NCBI GenBank assembly: GCA_012719455.1
Contig: JAAYAJ010000019.1
Coordinates: 273 to 64,272 of the forward strand
Direction: 5' to 3'
From: Acidobacteriota bacterium
GTDB taxonomy: Bacteria; Acidobacteriota; UBA6911
DNA: 64,000 bases
Shown: positions 25,705 through 36,215 of the stretch, piece by piece
How the letters are laid out: each line of letters starts with the position of its first letter
Numbering within the stretch: position 1 is the first letter of the stretch
Notes under the pieces: model-generated
Told to the model about the DNA's origin: nothing
Database searches by the model: none
The model's input: the letters and a program-made list of their open reading frames with translations, nothing else
Position numbers and translations under genes: made by a program

Positions 25705-26256
25705 ATGGTTCTACCCGATCACTGGATCCGCTCAATGGCCAAGACCAAACGCATGATTTCCCCCTATGCCGAGCAGGGGCGCCGCAAGGGCAGGATTTCC
25801 TACGGCGCTTCCTCCTACGGGTACGATTTCAGGCTCGCCGACGAATACAAGATCCCCGATTTCGGTGGAATGAAAATCTCCGACCCGAAAAAAATGGACC
25901 GGCTCCCCTTCGAAGATTTCAAGGGGCGCTCGTGCGTCATCCCCCCGAACTCGTTCGTCCTGGGGCGGTCGCTGGAATATTTCCGCATCCCGCGCGACAT
26001 CCTCGTTTTGTGCCAAGGCAAATCCACCTACGCGCGCTGTGGCGTCATCGTCAACGTCACCCCGCTGGAACCGGAATGGGAGGGGTATATCACAGTGTCG
26101 CTGGTCAATGCCTCCCCCGTACCGGCCCGGGTCTATTCGGGGGAGGGGATCGCCCAGTGCGTGTTCCTGCGCGCCGAGAGCGACTGCACGGTCTCCTACG
26201 CCGACCGCAAGGGGAAATATCAGGCGCAGCAGCAGATCCGCCTTGCCCGGGTCTAG
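25705..26256 (+). CDS. dcd: dCTP deaminase
   Basis: ISYGASSYGYDFRL, GKSTYARCG and PLEPEWEGYITV motifs. AAGGAG lies before ATG 25705. Confidence 0.88.
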   Translation: MVLPDHWIRSMAKTKRMISPYAEQGRRKGRISYGASSYGYDFRLADEYKIPDFGGMKISDPKKMDRLPFEDFKGRSCVIPPNSFVLGRSLEYFRIPRDILVLCQGKSTYARCGVIVNVTPLEPEWEGYITVSLVNASPVPARVYSGEGIAQCVFLRAESDCTVSYADRKGKYQAQQQIRLARV

Positions 26257-26265
26257 GGGGACGGG

Positions 26266-26826
26266 ATGGCCGCACCGCGAAACCTAACGATACCGGCGGG
26301 ACTGCTCCTGGCGCTGGCGCTTTGCGCGCCGATTGCCGGCTGCGGCTACCGCATTGCAGGCTCCATGGGGCGCCTGCCGGGGGGGGCGCAGTCGCTGGGA
26401 ATCCCCACCCTGCGCAACCTGACCAATCAGCACGGGATAGAGCAGACACTGACCGCAGCGCTGCTCGAGGAGTTTTCGCTCCGGACGCCGGGGCGGGTCG
26501 ATTCACGCCCGACAGGGACGGACGCCGTGCTGATGGGGGAGATCGTCGAGATCACCTCCACCCCGGTCACGTTCGGAACCGAACAGGCCGGCTCGCGCAC
26601 CTTCGGCACCTCCTTCGTAATCACGGTCCGGTCGAACTTGAGGCTGGTGCGCCCGGACGATTCCGCCGTGCTCTGGCAAAGCACCGACCTGGTCTTCCGG
26701 GAGCGATACGCGCTCAACGCCAGCATCGCCGACTTCTTCTCGGAGGAGAATCCAGCCCTCAAGCGGCTCGCGCGCGCCTTCGCCGCGAGCGTCGCCGGCG
26801 CCGTCCTGGAAAGGGCAAGCCCATGA
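26266..26826 (+). CDS. lptE: LPS-assembly lipoprotein LptE-like
   Basis: Lipobox PIAGCGY. Size and sequence pattern are LptE-like. It sits immediately upstream of holA and overlaps it, as in the E. coli lptE-holA arrangement. Confidence 0.65.
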   Translation: MAAPRNLTIPAGLLLALALCAPIAGCGYRIAGSMGRLPGGAQSLGIPTLRNLTNQHGIEQTLTAALLEEFSLRTPGRVDSRPTGTDAVLMGEIVEITSTPVTFGTEQAGSRTFGTSFVITVRSNLRLVRPDDSAVLWQSTDLVFRERYALNASIADFFSEENPALKRLARAFAASVAGAVLERASP

Positions 26827-27815
26827 TCATCAAGAACCTGGAAGCCCTGGAGGCCGACCTCCGCGCCCGGTTGAGGCCGGTGTACCTCCTGATGGGGCCG
26901 GAAGAACTCCTCTGCCGCGAGGCGTTCGAGATGCTCCGGGAAAAAGTGCTGACCCCGGGGTCCGCCGATTTCGACCTTTCGGAGTTCGAGGGGGGCGCCG
27001 CCACGGCGAGCGAGATCCTTGACGCGGCCAACACCTTTCCGATGATGTCCGCCCGCCGCCTCGTCGTCGTCCACAAAGCCGGCAAGATCCGGGAGGAAGA
27101 CCAGGAGGCGCTCCTTGCCGGGATCGAGACCCTCTCCCCCAAAACCGTCCTGGTCTTGTGGGCGGGGGAACTGGATCGCCGCCGGAAGTTCTACCGGACC
27201 TTCCAACAGCGGCACTGCGTGTGCGAATTCCAGGGCCTCAAGGAGGCGGCGCTGGAGCGCTGGGCGGCGGCACGGCTGCGCGCCGCGGGGTACAAGCTCT
27301 CCCCCGAGGGACTCAAACGGGTAACGGAAATGGTGGGGTCGGACCTGCAGACGCTGGCGGCGGAACTGGACAAGCTCATGCTCTACGCCGGCGGCGCGAA
27401 AACGATCCCGGCGGAGGCGATCGATGGGCTGGTACGCTCGAGCCGCCAGTACACCATCTTCGAACTCACCGACGCCGTGGCGGCCCGGGACCGCAACCGT
27501 GCACTCGTGCTGCTTGCCAGTCTGCTGGGGATGGGGGAGCACCCGCTGGTGGTCGTCACCATGCTGGCGCGCCACTGCCGCCAGATCCTGATCGCCAGGG
27601 AATGCCTCGCGCAACGGGTGCCTCGGCGCGAGATCGCCGCGGAGGCAGGCGTGCCGTTTTTTGTCCTGGACAAGTTCCTGGGGCAGGCGCAACGGGCGGA
27701 AAGGGCCGTCATCGATGAGATGATCCTGCGCCTGGCCGCCATCGACAAGCAACTGAAATCATCGGCCCTGGACGGGCGCATGCTGCTCGAAGGGCTGATC
27801 TGCGCGCTGGTGTGA
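26823..27815 (+). CDS. holA: DNA polymerase III subunit delta
   Basis: VYLLMGPEELL, and an N-terminal domain pattern plus length typical of HolA. Synteny with lptE. Confidence 0.8.
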   Translation: MIIKNLEALEADLRARLRPVYLLMGPEELLCREAFEMLREKVLTPGSADFDLSEFEGGAATASEILDAANTFPMMSARRLVVVHKAGKIREEDQEALLAGIETLSPKTVLVLWAGELDRRRKFYRTFQQRHCVCEFQGLKEAALERWAAARLRAAGYKLSPEGLKRVTEMVGSDLQTLAAELDKLMLYAGGAKTIPAEAIDGLVRSSRQYTIFELTDAVAARDRNRALVLLASLLGMGEHPLVVVTMLARHCRQILIARECLAQRVPRREIAAEAGVPFFVLDKFLGQAQRAERAVIDEMILRLAAIDKQLKSSALDGRMLLEGLICALV

Positions 27816-27832
27816 CTCCCCGCGGGGGGTCA
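27813..27832. terminator. Short hairpin spanning both stop codons of convergent holA and rpsT
   Basis: TGACTCCCCGCGGGGGGTCA is an imperfect palindrome. Confidence 0.3.
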
Positions 27833-28111
27833 GTCCTGGGCGGGGCGGGACATGGCCGCGTTCAGGCGCCGGGTCAGGCGCGATTTCTGGCGCGCCGCCG
27901 CGTTGCGGCTGATCACTTTTTTCTGCCGGGACTTGTCGATCGTGGAATAGAGATCGGACAGCGTTTTCCCCATATCCGCCGAAACTTCTCCTTCGAGCTC
28001 TTTGCCGAACTTTTTGAGGCAGGTGCGGAGGTTGCTGCGGTTGCTGCGGTTGTTTTCCCTGTGCTTCAGGTTCTGCCGGTGTGCCTTAAGGGCCGACGCA
28101 TGATTCGCCAT
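27830..28111 (-). CDS. rpsT: 30S ribosomal protein S20
   Basis: MANHASALKAHRQNLKHRENNRSNRS... is the typical S20 N-terminus and basic composition. Confidence 0.92.
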   Translation of the reverse strand: MANHASALKAHRQNLKHRENNRSNRSNLRTCLKKFGKELEGEVSADMGKTLSDLYSTIDKSRQKKVISRNAAARQKSRLTRRLNAAMSRPAQD

Positions 28112-28184
28112 TCGGACTCACTCCCATTGGATATTCCAGACCAGCGGAGAAGACGATGACTTCATCTCCTCCTAAAAACCCTTT

Positions 28185-28213
28185 ACGATACAATCAGTTA
28201 TGATCTATGTCAA
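28185..28213 (-). promoter_or_regulatory. Sigma70-like promoter candidate for rpsT
   Basis: On the minus strand: TTGACA (28213-28208), a 17-nt spacer, then TATCGT (28190-28185). Confidence 0.4.
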
Positions 28214-28227
28214 ATTCTTTTTTCCGA

Positions 28228-28256
28228 TTGACTTCGCCCGTGGGCGGTCCTAGAAT
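28228..28256 (+). promoter_or_regulatory. Sigma70-like promoter candidate for phoH
   Basis: TTGACT (28228-28233), a 17-nt spacer, then TAGAAT (28251-28256). Confidence 0.4.
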
Positions 28257-28359
28257 TCAGAGTGAACATGAAAGCGCGATCTTGTTTTGGAAGCATACTT
28301 TCCGGCAAATTCCCGAACCTTCCGACATTCCCCTATTCGAGGTTAAACCCAGTCCGTAG

Positions 28360-29337
28360 ATGAGAAAAGTCCTCCTGTCCGACCGCAGCCTGCAGCTTTT
28401 GTTCGGCCCTCTTGACGAAAACGCGAAGTTTCTCGAAACCCTGTTCGACGTTACGATCCAGACCCGTGACGGCGGGCTGACAATTGACGGCGAGGAGAAG
28501 GATGTCGCCGCACTCGAACGGATCATGCTTGATTTTTCCGTCCTTGCGGACCAGGGGCATGCCATTTCCAATGGCGACCTGAAATCGGCCTTCCGCCAGA
28601 TCGCGGAAAACGCCGCCCTTTCGCTTCACGATTTCTTCCCCAAGATGCAGCTGCTCACCGGCGGGAAGCGCCAGGTGTCCCCCAAGAGCCCCAACCAGCG
28701 GCGCTATATCGAGGCGATCCAAGACAACGACATCGTCTTCGGCATCGGGCCGGGAGGGACGGGGAAGACGTTCCTGGCCGTCGCGATGGCCCTCACCTGC
28801 CTCATCGAAAAGAATGTGTCCCGCATCATCCTCACCCGCCCGGCCGTCGAAGCGGGGGAACGGCTGGGATTCCTCCCCGGCGACATCGAGGAGAAGATCA
28901 ACCCCTACCTGAGACCGCTGTACGACGCCCTGCACACCCTGCTCGAGGCCGAGAAGATCCAGCGTTACATCGAGCAGCGGACGATCGAGATCGCGCCCCT
29001 GGCTTTCATGCGCGGCCGTACGCTGGGGGACGCCTTTATCATTCTGGACGAAGCGCAGAACACCACCTCGGAACAGATGAAAATGTTCCTGACCCGGATC
29101 GGCATGCGCTCCAAGGCGGTGATCACGGGTGATGTCACCCAGATCGACCTGCCCCTCGGGCGCGCCTCGGGGCTGGTGGAGGCCCGGAAGATCCTGGGAA
29201 ATGTCGAGGGGATCGCGTTCTGCGCCTTCAACGAAAACGACGTGGTGCGGCACCACCTGGTGCGGCTGATCATCAAGGCCTACCAGCGGCATGCCGAAAA
29301 GGAATCGGGGAACGGGGGCCATGAGCGCCATGAGTAA
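28360..29337 (+). CDS. phoH: PhoH family ATPase
   Basis: GPGGTGKTFLAVAMAL Walker A, ILDEAQN, and GDVTQIDLP. Confidence 0.9.
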   Translation: MRKVLLSDRSLQLLFGPLDENAKFLETLFDVTIQTRDGGLTIDGEEKDVAALERIMLDFSVLADQGHAISNGDLKSAFRQIAENAALSLHDFFPKMQLLTGGKRQVSPKSPNQRRYIEAIQDNDIVFGIGPGGTGKTFLAVAMALTCLIEKNVSRIILTRPAVEAGERLGFLPGDIEEKINPYLRPLYDALHTLLEAEKIQRYIEQRTIEIAPLAFMRGRTLGDAFIILDEAQNTTSEQMKMFLTRIGMRSKAVITGDVTQIDLPLGRASGLVEARKILGNVEGIAFCAFNENDVVRHHLVRLIIKAYQRHAEKESGNGGHERHE

Positions 29338-30460
29338 AGATCCCAGGATCAAGCTGGGCGTCCTCTTCGGCGGCCGATCGGGGGAGCACGAGGTTTCCCT
29401 CGCCTCCGCCGCCAGCGTGATCGCGGCCCTGGACCCCGGCGCCTACGAAATCTACGCCGTTGGTCTCACCCCTTCCGGCCGGATCGCGCGCCCCGACGAA
29501 CTGCGGCGCATGCTCCCCGGGGAACTCTGGGACCGGGTCCGGCCGCTTGCAGTCCTCGGTTCGGCCGCGTCCCTCCTGTCGGTCCGCTCAGACGCCGCGG
29601 GGGAGACGGAAGACGCCGGGGCTCCCGAGCCCGATATTTGGTTTCCCCTGCTGCACGGGCCGTACGGAGAAGACGGCACCCTGCAGGGGCTGCTGGAAAT
29701 GGCCGGCCTCCCATACATCGGGTGCGGGGTACTGGCTTCGGCCGTGGCCATGGACAAGGACATCGCCAAGCGGCTGCTCGCCCAGGCGGGGCTTCCGGTG
29801 ACCCCTTCCCTGACGGTCACGGCGCACGAGCTGGACACCGACCTGGAAGCGGTCCGACACACGGCCGAGCGCGCGTGGGGCTACCCGATGTTTTCCAAGC
29901 CGGCCAACCTCGGCTCCTCCGTCGGCGTGCACCGAATCGGCGCCCGGGACGAGTTCGCGGCCGCCGTACGCGACTCGGCCCGTTACGACCGGAAGATCTT
30001 GATCGAGAAGGGGATCGACGGCAGGGAACTGGAATGCGCCATCCTGGGAACCGCCGCTTCGGTGGTGGGGGAGGTGGTTTCCGCCGGCGAGTTTTACGAC
30101 TACGAGTCGAAATACGTCAGCACGGAAAGCCGGCTGGAAATTCCGGCGTCGATCGACCCGGCGACCTCCGACACCATCCGAGCGCTGGCCCTCAGGGCAT
30201 TTGCCGCGCTTGACGGCAGCGGCCTGGCCCGCGTGGACTTCTTCCTGGAGCGGGATTCGGGCACGATCTGGATCAACGAAATCAACACCATGCCGGGGTT
30301 CACCCCCATAAGCATGTACACCAAGCTCTGGGCGGCAACCGGCGTGCCCTTCGGGGACCTGGTCGCGGAATTGATCCGCCTGGGCCTGGAGCGCTTCGGG
30401 GAGAAGAACGGCAGGAGAATTTCCCCGCGGCAAGTGTGCGCCGGGTACGATCCCGCTTGA
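29321..30460 (+). CDS. ddl: D-alanine--D-alanine ligase
   Basis: KLGVLFGGRSGEHEVSL, HGPYGEDGTLQGLLE, and EINTMPGFT. The start is 29321 or 29330. Confidence 0.9.
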   Translation: MSAMSKDPRIKLGVLFGGRSGEHEVSLASAASVIAALDPGAYEIYAVGLTPSGRIARPDELRRMLPGELWDRVRPLAVLGSAASLLSVRSDAAGETEDAGAPEPDIWFPLLHGPYGEDGTLQGLLEMAGLPYIGCGVLASAVAMDKDIAKRLLAQAGLPVTPSLTVTAHELDTDLEAVRHTAERAWGYPMFSKPANLGSSVGVHRIGARDEFAAAVRDSARYDRKILIEKGIDGRELECAILGTAASVVGEVVSAGEFYDYESKYVSTESRLEIPASIDPATSDTIRALALRAFAALDGSGLARVDFFLERDSGTIWINEINTMPGFTPISMYTKLWAATGVPFGDLVAELIRLGLERFGEKNGRRISPRQVCAGYDPA

Positions 30461-30511
30461 ACCCCCGGCGGTGCTCACGCTACTATCGAGGAAACGGCAG
30501 GAGGATACGCC

Positions 30512-30760
30512 ATGAGCTCTTTTGAACCGGACGATGCGCTCCGCGACCGGCTGCTGCGCGAAAACGAGGAATACCGGATGCTGGCCACCGAGCACCAGGA
30601 ACACGAGCAGCGGATCGGGGACCTGACCCGCAAGCCCTTTCTCAGCGAAGAGGAGAAGGTCCTGGAGAAGACACTGAAGAAAAGGAAGCTGGCTCTCAAG
30701 GACCAGATGTACGCCCTGATGCAGCGGCACCGGAGAGAGACGGCGGGCGATCGCCGTTGA
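30512..30760 (+). CDS. DUF465 (YdcH-like) small protein
   Basis: LRENEEYRMLATEHQEHEQRI..L......SEEEKVLEKTLKKRKLALKDQM matches the DUF465 coiled-coil pattern. Confidence 0.7.
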   Translation: MSSFEPDDALRDRLLRENEEYRMLATEHQEHEQRIGDLTRKPFLSEEEKVLEKTLKKRKLALKDQMYALMQRHRRETAGDRR

Positions 30761-30834
30761 GCACCGGGTTCCGGCGGCGAAATCCGCCCCGGCCCGATTT
30801 TCCACAAACACCGACATCCCGGAAGGGCAGCCCC

Positions 30835-31437
30835 ATGGCAACCGACGCGTACCGATTCCTGCTCCCGCTCCTGGCCCTGGGCGGCCTCTCCCTCTTTTTC
30901 GGCCTCCCGGCCCTGGCCGTGGCGTTGCTGTTGCTCGCGGCGTTCACCGCCTTCTTCTTCCGCAACCCGGCCCGCCGCATCCCGGATGAACCGGGACTGG
31001 TGGTCTCCCCGGCCGACGGGAAGGTGGTGAAGATCTCCCGGGCCGATGACGGTACGCAGACCCTCAGCATCTTCCTCAGCATCTTCAACGTCCACGTCAA
31101 CCGTTCCCCCATCGACGGGATCCTGGAAGATCTCCGGTACCAACGGGGAAAATTCAAGGTCGCCTTCGACGAGGAGGCGTCGCGCGTCAACGAGCAGAAC
31201 ATCCTCACGATCGCCGGGGGGGACGTACGGCTCGTGGTCAAGCAGGTCGCGGGGCTGATCGCCCGCCGGGTCCTGTGCTGGAAGAAGCCGGGCGAGCCGG
31301 TCCGGCGGGGGGAGTTGATCGGCCTGATCCGGTTCGGTTCCAGGGTCGACGTCATCGTCCCGCAGGGTGTCCGGCTGCGCGTCGGGGTGGGCGACCGGGT
31401 CCGCGGCGGATCGAGCGTGATCGGAGAGTGCGTATGA
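30835..31437 (+). CDS. psd: Phosphatidylserine decarboxylase (short form)
   Basis: SPADGKV, FLSIFNVHVNRSP, and the FGSRVD self-cleavage region. Overlaps the pssA start. Confidence 0.85.
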   Translation: MATDAYRFLLPLLALGGLSLFFGLPALAVALLLLAAFTAFFFRNPARRIPDEPGLVVSPADGKVVKISRADDGTQTLSIFLSIFNVHVNRSPIDGILEDLRYQRGKFKVAFDEEASRVNEQNILTIAGGDVRLVVKQVAGLIARRVLCWKKPGEPVRRGELIGLIRFGSRVDVIVPQGVRLRVGVGDRVRGGSSVIGECV

Positions 31438-32210
31438 ACGAACGGGCGACGGAGGATGCCGGGACGGGGCGCCGGCGCCTGGGCCGGAGCATCCTCGTCC
31501 TTCCCACCCTTTTCACGGTCGGGAACATCTTCTGCGGGTACTATGCCATCCTGTCGACGATGAACGGGTTGTACGCCCACGCAGCCTATGCCATCGGGGT
31601 CGCCATCCTGCTCGACTCGATGGACGGGTTCATCGCCCGGCTCACCCATTCCACTTCCGCCTTCGGGCTGCAGCTCGATTCGCTCGCCGACGTCATCTCC
31701 TTCGGCATCGCCCCCTCGGTGCTCGCCCTGGTATGGGGGATGCAGCCGATCGACCAGCGGATTGCCTGGATCGCCGCCTTCACTTTCACCATCTGCGGGG
31801 CCATGCGCCTGGCCCGTTTCAACATCCAGGCGGGGAACCTGAAATACTTCGTTGGGCTCCCGATCCCCGCCGCCGGCGGGGCCGTCGCCGCCATCGTTCA
31901 TTTTTTCGGCGGGCGCGTGACCGGAACCGCGGCCGCAAGCCTGATGGCCGTCGTCGTGTTCACGCTGGCGCTCCTGATGATCAGCACGCTGCGCTTCAGC
32001 AGCCTGAAGCACGTGGCGCTGGGGAGGAAATCGCACCTGGCGGTCCTGGTCATGGCCCTCCTCGTGGCGCTCATTTTCTATCTCTCCCGGCCGACCCTCC
32101 TGGTCCTGGCCTGGGGCTACGTGCTGTCGGGGCCGGCGCTGAAACTCTACACGGTAGTGCGGCGCAAGAAGCCCGCGGACGAAGGGGCGCCCGCGGAGTC
32201 GCCGCGCTGA
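31434..32210 (+). CDS. pssA: CDP-diacylglycerol--serine O-phosphatidyltransferase
   Basis: CDP-alcohol phosphatidyltransferase motif DSMDGFIARLTHSTSAFGLQLDSLAD. Coupled to psd. Confidence 0.85.
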   Translation: MNERATEDAGTGRRRLGRSILVLPTLFTVGNIFCGYYAILSTMNGLYAHAAYAIGVAILLDSMDGFIARLTHSTSAFGLQLDSLADVISFGIAPSVLALVWGMQPIDQRIAWIAAFTFTICGAMRLARFNIQAGNLKYFVGLPIPAAGGAVAAIVHFFGGRVTGTAAASLMAVVVFTLALLMISTLRFSSLKHVALGRKSHLAVLVMALLVALIFYLSRPTLLVLAWGYVLSGPALKLYTVVRRKKPADEGAPAESPR

Positions 32211-32240
32211 GCGGACACGCCGCCCCGTCGAATCGCTCCC

Positions 32241-32993
32241 ATGCCCTTACACGAGCTTGAAGCCATCATCCTGCGACATTACCCATTGTCGGACGCCGAC
32301 CGCGTCATCGTGGCGCTCACGCGGGAGCAGGGGAAGGTGCGCGCCGCCGCCCAGGGGATCAGGAAGCCCAAAAGCCGCCTGGCCGGGTGCCTGGAACCCT
32401 CCAACCACGTGCGCCTCCAATTCTGGAGCCGGGAGGGAAGGGATCTCGGCCGGGTTCGCAGCGCGGAGGTGATCCACTCTTTCCTGGGGCGGGATCCCGA
32501 CTTCGGGCGGATGTGCGCCTTTTCCTATTTCGCCGAGCTGGTGAACGAACTGGTCCCGGAGGGGCAGGAGAGCCCGGCGATGTTCCGGCTCCTGCTGTCG
32601 TCGCTGCAGGCGGGGGCGGGGCGCCCCGTGAACCGGGCGCTGGTGTGTTATTTCGAAATCTGGTGCCTGAAGCTCGGCGGCCTGCTGCCGAATTATGCCT
32701 ATTGCTCCGGTTGTGGCAAGTGTGTTAAAGATAAGGGGTTTTTGGCATGGATAGAAGCCGGTCAAGCGCGCTGTCCGTCCTGCGCGGAGGGGCGTGGGTT
32801 GCCGGTGGGACCGGCGGCCGCCGCGGCCCTGGAAGCGATGATGGCGTCGCCCCCCGACCGGTTCGCGGCGCTGACATTCCCGGCGGGAGCCCTCGAGGAT
32901 CTTGAGCGTCTGTCGCGCAGGCTGCTCGGGATGCACCTGGACAAACAACTGAAATCCTACCGGATTTTACGCGAGGCGTTTCAAGGCGAATAG
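32241..32993 (+). CDS. recO: DNA repair protein RecO
   Basis: EAIILRHYPLSDADRVIVALTREQGKV (OB-fold N-terminus) and a CxxC...CxxC zinc motif. Confidence 0.85.
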   Translation: MPLHELEAIILRHYPLSDADRVIVALTREQGKVRAAAQGIRKPKSRLAGCLEPSNHVRLQFWSREGRDLGRVRSAEVIHSFLGRDPDFGRMCAFSYFAELVNELVPEGQESPAMFRLLLSSLQAGAGRPVNRALVCYFEIWCLKLGGLLPNYAYCSGCGKCVKDKGFLAWIEAGQARCPSCAEGRGLPVGPAAAAALEAMMASPPDRFAALTFPAGALEDLERLSRRLLGMHLDKQLKSYRILREAFQGE

Positions 32994-33902
<909 letters not shown>

Positions 33903-33911
33903 GACGGGGAT

Positions 33912-36008
33912 ATGAAAAAATCAGAGCTTGTCGTCGAATTGGGAATGGAGGAAATCCCGGCATCCATGATCGCCGACGCCGCGGAGCAGTTTGCCGGCCT
34001 GCTGGGCCGGGCGCTGGAGGAACATCGCCTCCCGGCGGGGGAGCGCACGCTGTGGTACACGCCGCGGCGCATCATCCTGGGCCTCGAGGACGTCCCGGTC
34101 CGCCAGGGCGATCTCGAAGAAACCATCATGGGCCCGCCCCGACGGGTGGCCTACGACGCCGCCGGCAACCCAACGCGCGCGGCGCTGGCCTTCGCCGAAA
34201 AGAACGGGGTGCCCTTGGCGAAGATCGGCGTCGTCGCGACGCCGAAGGGGGAGTATCTCTCGCTCGTGCGGCGGATGCGCGGGGAACCCGCGGTCCGGAT
34301 CCTCCAGCGCCTGATTCCGGACGCTATCGGCGCCATACAGTTTCCCAAGACCATGCATTGGAGCCCCGACCGCTTCCGCTTCGCGCGCCCGGTGCGCTGG
34401 ATCGTCGCCCTGTTCGGCGGCAGGGTGGTGAAGTTCCGCCTCGCGGACGTCGTCTCCTCCCGCATCACCTCAGGGCACCGGTTCCTGGGCCGGTCACGGA
34501 TCGCGGTGCATTCGCTCGCATCGCTCCGGGAGGAGCTCGAACGCAGCGCGGTGCTGGTGGATCCCGCCGAGCGGCGGGAGCGCATCGAATCGGAACTGGC
34601 CGCGCGCGCCGCGGAGGCGGGCGGCCGTTTGCTCGAAGACCGGGCGCTGCTCGAGACGGTGGTGAACCTCAACGAGGCCCCGTCGGTGGTCCGCGGGGAC
34701 TTCGAGGAGCGTTTTCTCTCGCTCCCCCAGGAAATCCTGATCACCGTCATGCGGGAGCACCAGAAATACTTCTCGGTCCTCGACGCCGAGGGACGCCTGC
34801 TCCCCTGCTTCCTGGCGGTGGTGAACCGGTTTTCTGACCCCGGGGGGGAGATTCGCTCCGGGCATGAACGCGTGCTCCGGGCCCGCCTGGCCGACGCGGC
34901 CTTCTTCTGGGAAACCGACCGCAGGCAGACGCTCGAGGAGCGCGCCCCCTCCCTGAAGAACGTGCTCTTCCAGGAAAAACTCGGCTCCTACGACGAAAAA
35001 ACCCGGCGCGTCCTCGAACTGCTCCCCCGCCTGGCGGAAGCGTTGGGTCGCGGGGAATGCCTCGCCGATCTCCGGGCGGCGGCCCGCATCTACAAATGCG
35101 ACCTCGTCACCGAAATGGTCAAGGAGTTCACCGACCTGCAGGGTGTCGTCGGAGGGTTGTACGCCCGCGCGGAAGGGTACCCGGAAACGGTGTGGCGCGC
35201 CGTGTACGAGCAGTACCTCCCGAAATCCACCGCTTCCCCCAGCCCGTCAACGGTGACCGGGGCGATCCTGGCGCTGGCCGACCGGCTCGACACCGTCACA
35301 GGGTGTTTCTCGATCGGCCTGGTCCCTTCCGGGTCGGGCGACCCGTTTGCCGTGCGCAGGCAGGGGAACGGGATCCTCAAGATCCTCTTCGACCACCGGC
35401 TGAGTCTCTCCCTCGGGCAAGCCATCGGCTGGAGCCTGGCTGCCCACGGCCGGGGAGCGGGGGACACGGCCGCGGAACTCGGGCGCTTTTTCGAGGGCCG
35501 CCTCCGTTTTCTCTTCGAGGAGATGGGCTTCGCCTATGACTGCGTCAACGCCGTGCTGGCGGCCGGGTGGGATGACCCGCTGGACGCCCTGGACCGGCTG
35601 CGCGCGCTGGAGGAGATGCGACGGGAGACCGATTTTCTCTCTTTGGCTTCCAATTTCAAGCGGGTGGCCAATATCCTGGCCAAGGCGGGTGACGAGGCCG
35701 GCGAGCCGGACTCCCCGGCGGAACCGGAGGAGTCCCTGCTGGCCGAGGGGGCCGAGCGCGACCTGTACCGGAGCCTTCTCGGCATCCGGCCCGAAGCGGA
35801 CGAGGCCCGGCGCCGGCATGATTACGTACGCGCCCTCCGGCTGTTCGCCTCCATGCGCGCGGCGGTCGATGCCTTCTTCACCGATGTCATGGTCATGACC
35901 GAGGATCGCGCGATCCGGCGCAACCGGATCGCCCTGCTCGCTTCCATTTCACGGCTCTTCAACAGCGTGGCGGACATTTCCAGGATCGTCGTGGAAAAGG
36001 GTACATGA
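33912..36008 (+). CDS. glyS: Glycine--tRNA ligase beta subunit
   Basis: ELGMEEIPA N-terminus, about 698 aa, immediately downstream of glyQ. Confidence 0.93.
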   Translation: MKKSELVVELGMEEIPASMIADAAEQFAGLLGRALEEHRLPAGERTLWYTPRRIILGLEDVPVRQGDLEETIMGPPRRVAYDAAGNPTRAALAFAEKNGVPLAKIGVVATPKGEYLSLVRRMRGEPAVRILQRLIPDAIGAIQFPKTMHWSPDRFRFARPVRWIVALFGGRVVKFRLADVVSSRITSGHRFLGRSRIAVHSLASLREELERSAVLVDPAERRERIESELAARAAEAGGRLLEDRALLETVVNLNEAPSVVRGDFEERFLSLPQEILITVMREHQKYFSVLDAEGRLLPCFLAVVNRFSDPGGEIRSGHERVLRARLADAAFFWETDRRQTLEERAPSLKNVLFQEKLGSYDEKTRRVLELLPRLAEALGRGECLADLRAAARIYKCDLVTEMVKEFTDLQGVVGGLYARAEGYPETVWRAVYEQYLPKSTASPSPSTVTGAILALADRLDTVTGCFSIGLVPSGSGDPFAVRRQGNGILKILFDHRLSLSLGQAIGWSLAAHGRGAGDTAAELGRFFEGRLRFLFEEMGFAYDCVNAVLAAGWDDPLDALDRLRALEEMRRETDFLSLASNFKRVANILAKAGDEAGEPDSPAEPEESLLAEGAERDLYRSLLGIRPEADEARRRHDYVRALRLFASMRAAVDAFFTDVMVMTEDRAIRRNRIALLASISRLFNSVADISRIVVEKGT

Positions 36009-36037
36009 CGCGGCGCGCGCTTTTGAGTGTGGCGGGC

Positions 36038-36089
36038 TTGGAATTGTTGAGCCCTTTGACGTCCGGTCGAAGGGCTGCAATAATTCCAA
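36038..36089 (+). other. Long imperfect hairpin in the glyS-ino1 intergenic region
   Basis: TTGGAATTGTTGAGCCCTT ... AAGGGCTGCAATAATTCCAA forms a ~17-bp stem around a 13-nt loop. Confidence 0.4.
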
Positions 36090-36103
36090 AGCTCTTTATG
36101 TTC

Positions 36104-36128
36104 CGGGGAAAACGGCGGGTTTTCCCCG
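36104..36128 (+). terminator. Hairpin downstream of glyS
   Basis: CGGGGAAAAC-ggcgg-GTTTTCCCCG. There is no T-run after it. Confidence 0.35.
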
Positions 36129-36215
36129 CGGTGGCTCTTATTAATCCGGATGGCGCAGGAGCGGACCGGGTAGGACGGCCCTCGCGGTGCACCATTCTAC
36201 TTGAGGAATTGAAAG

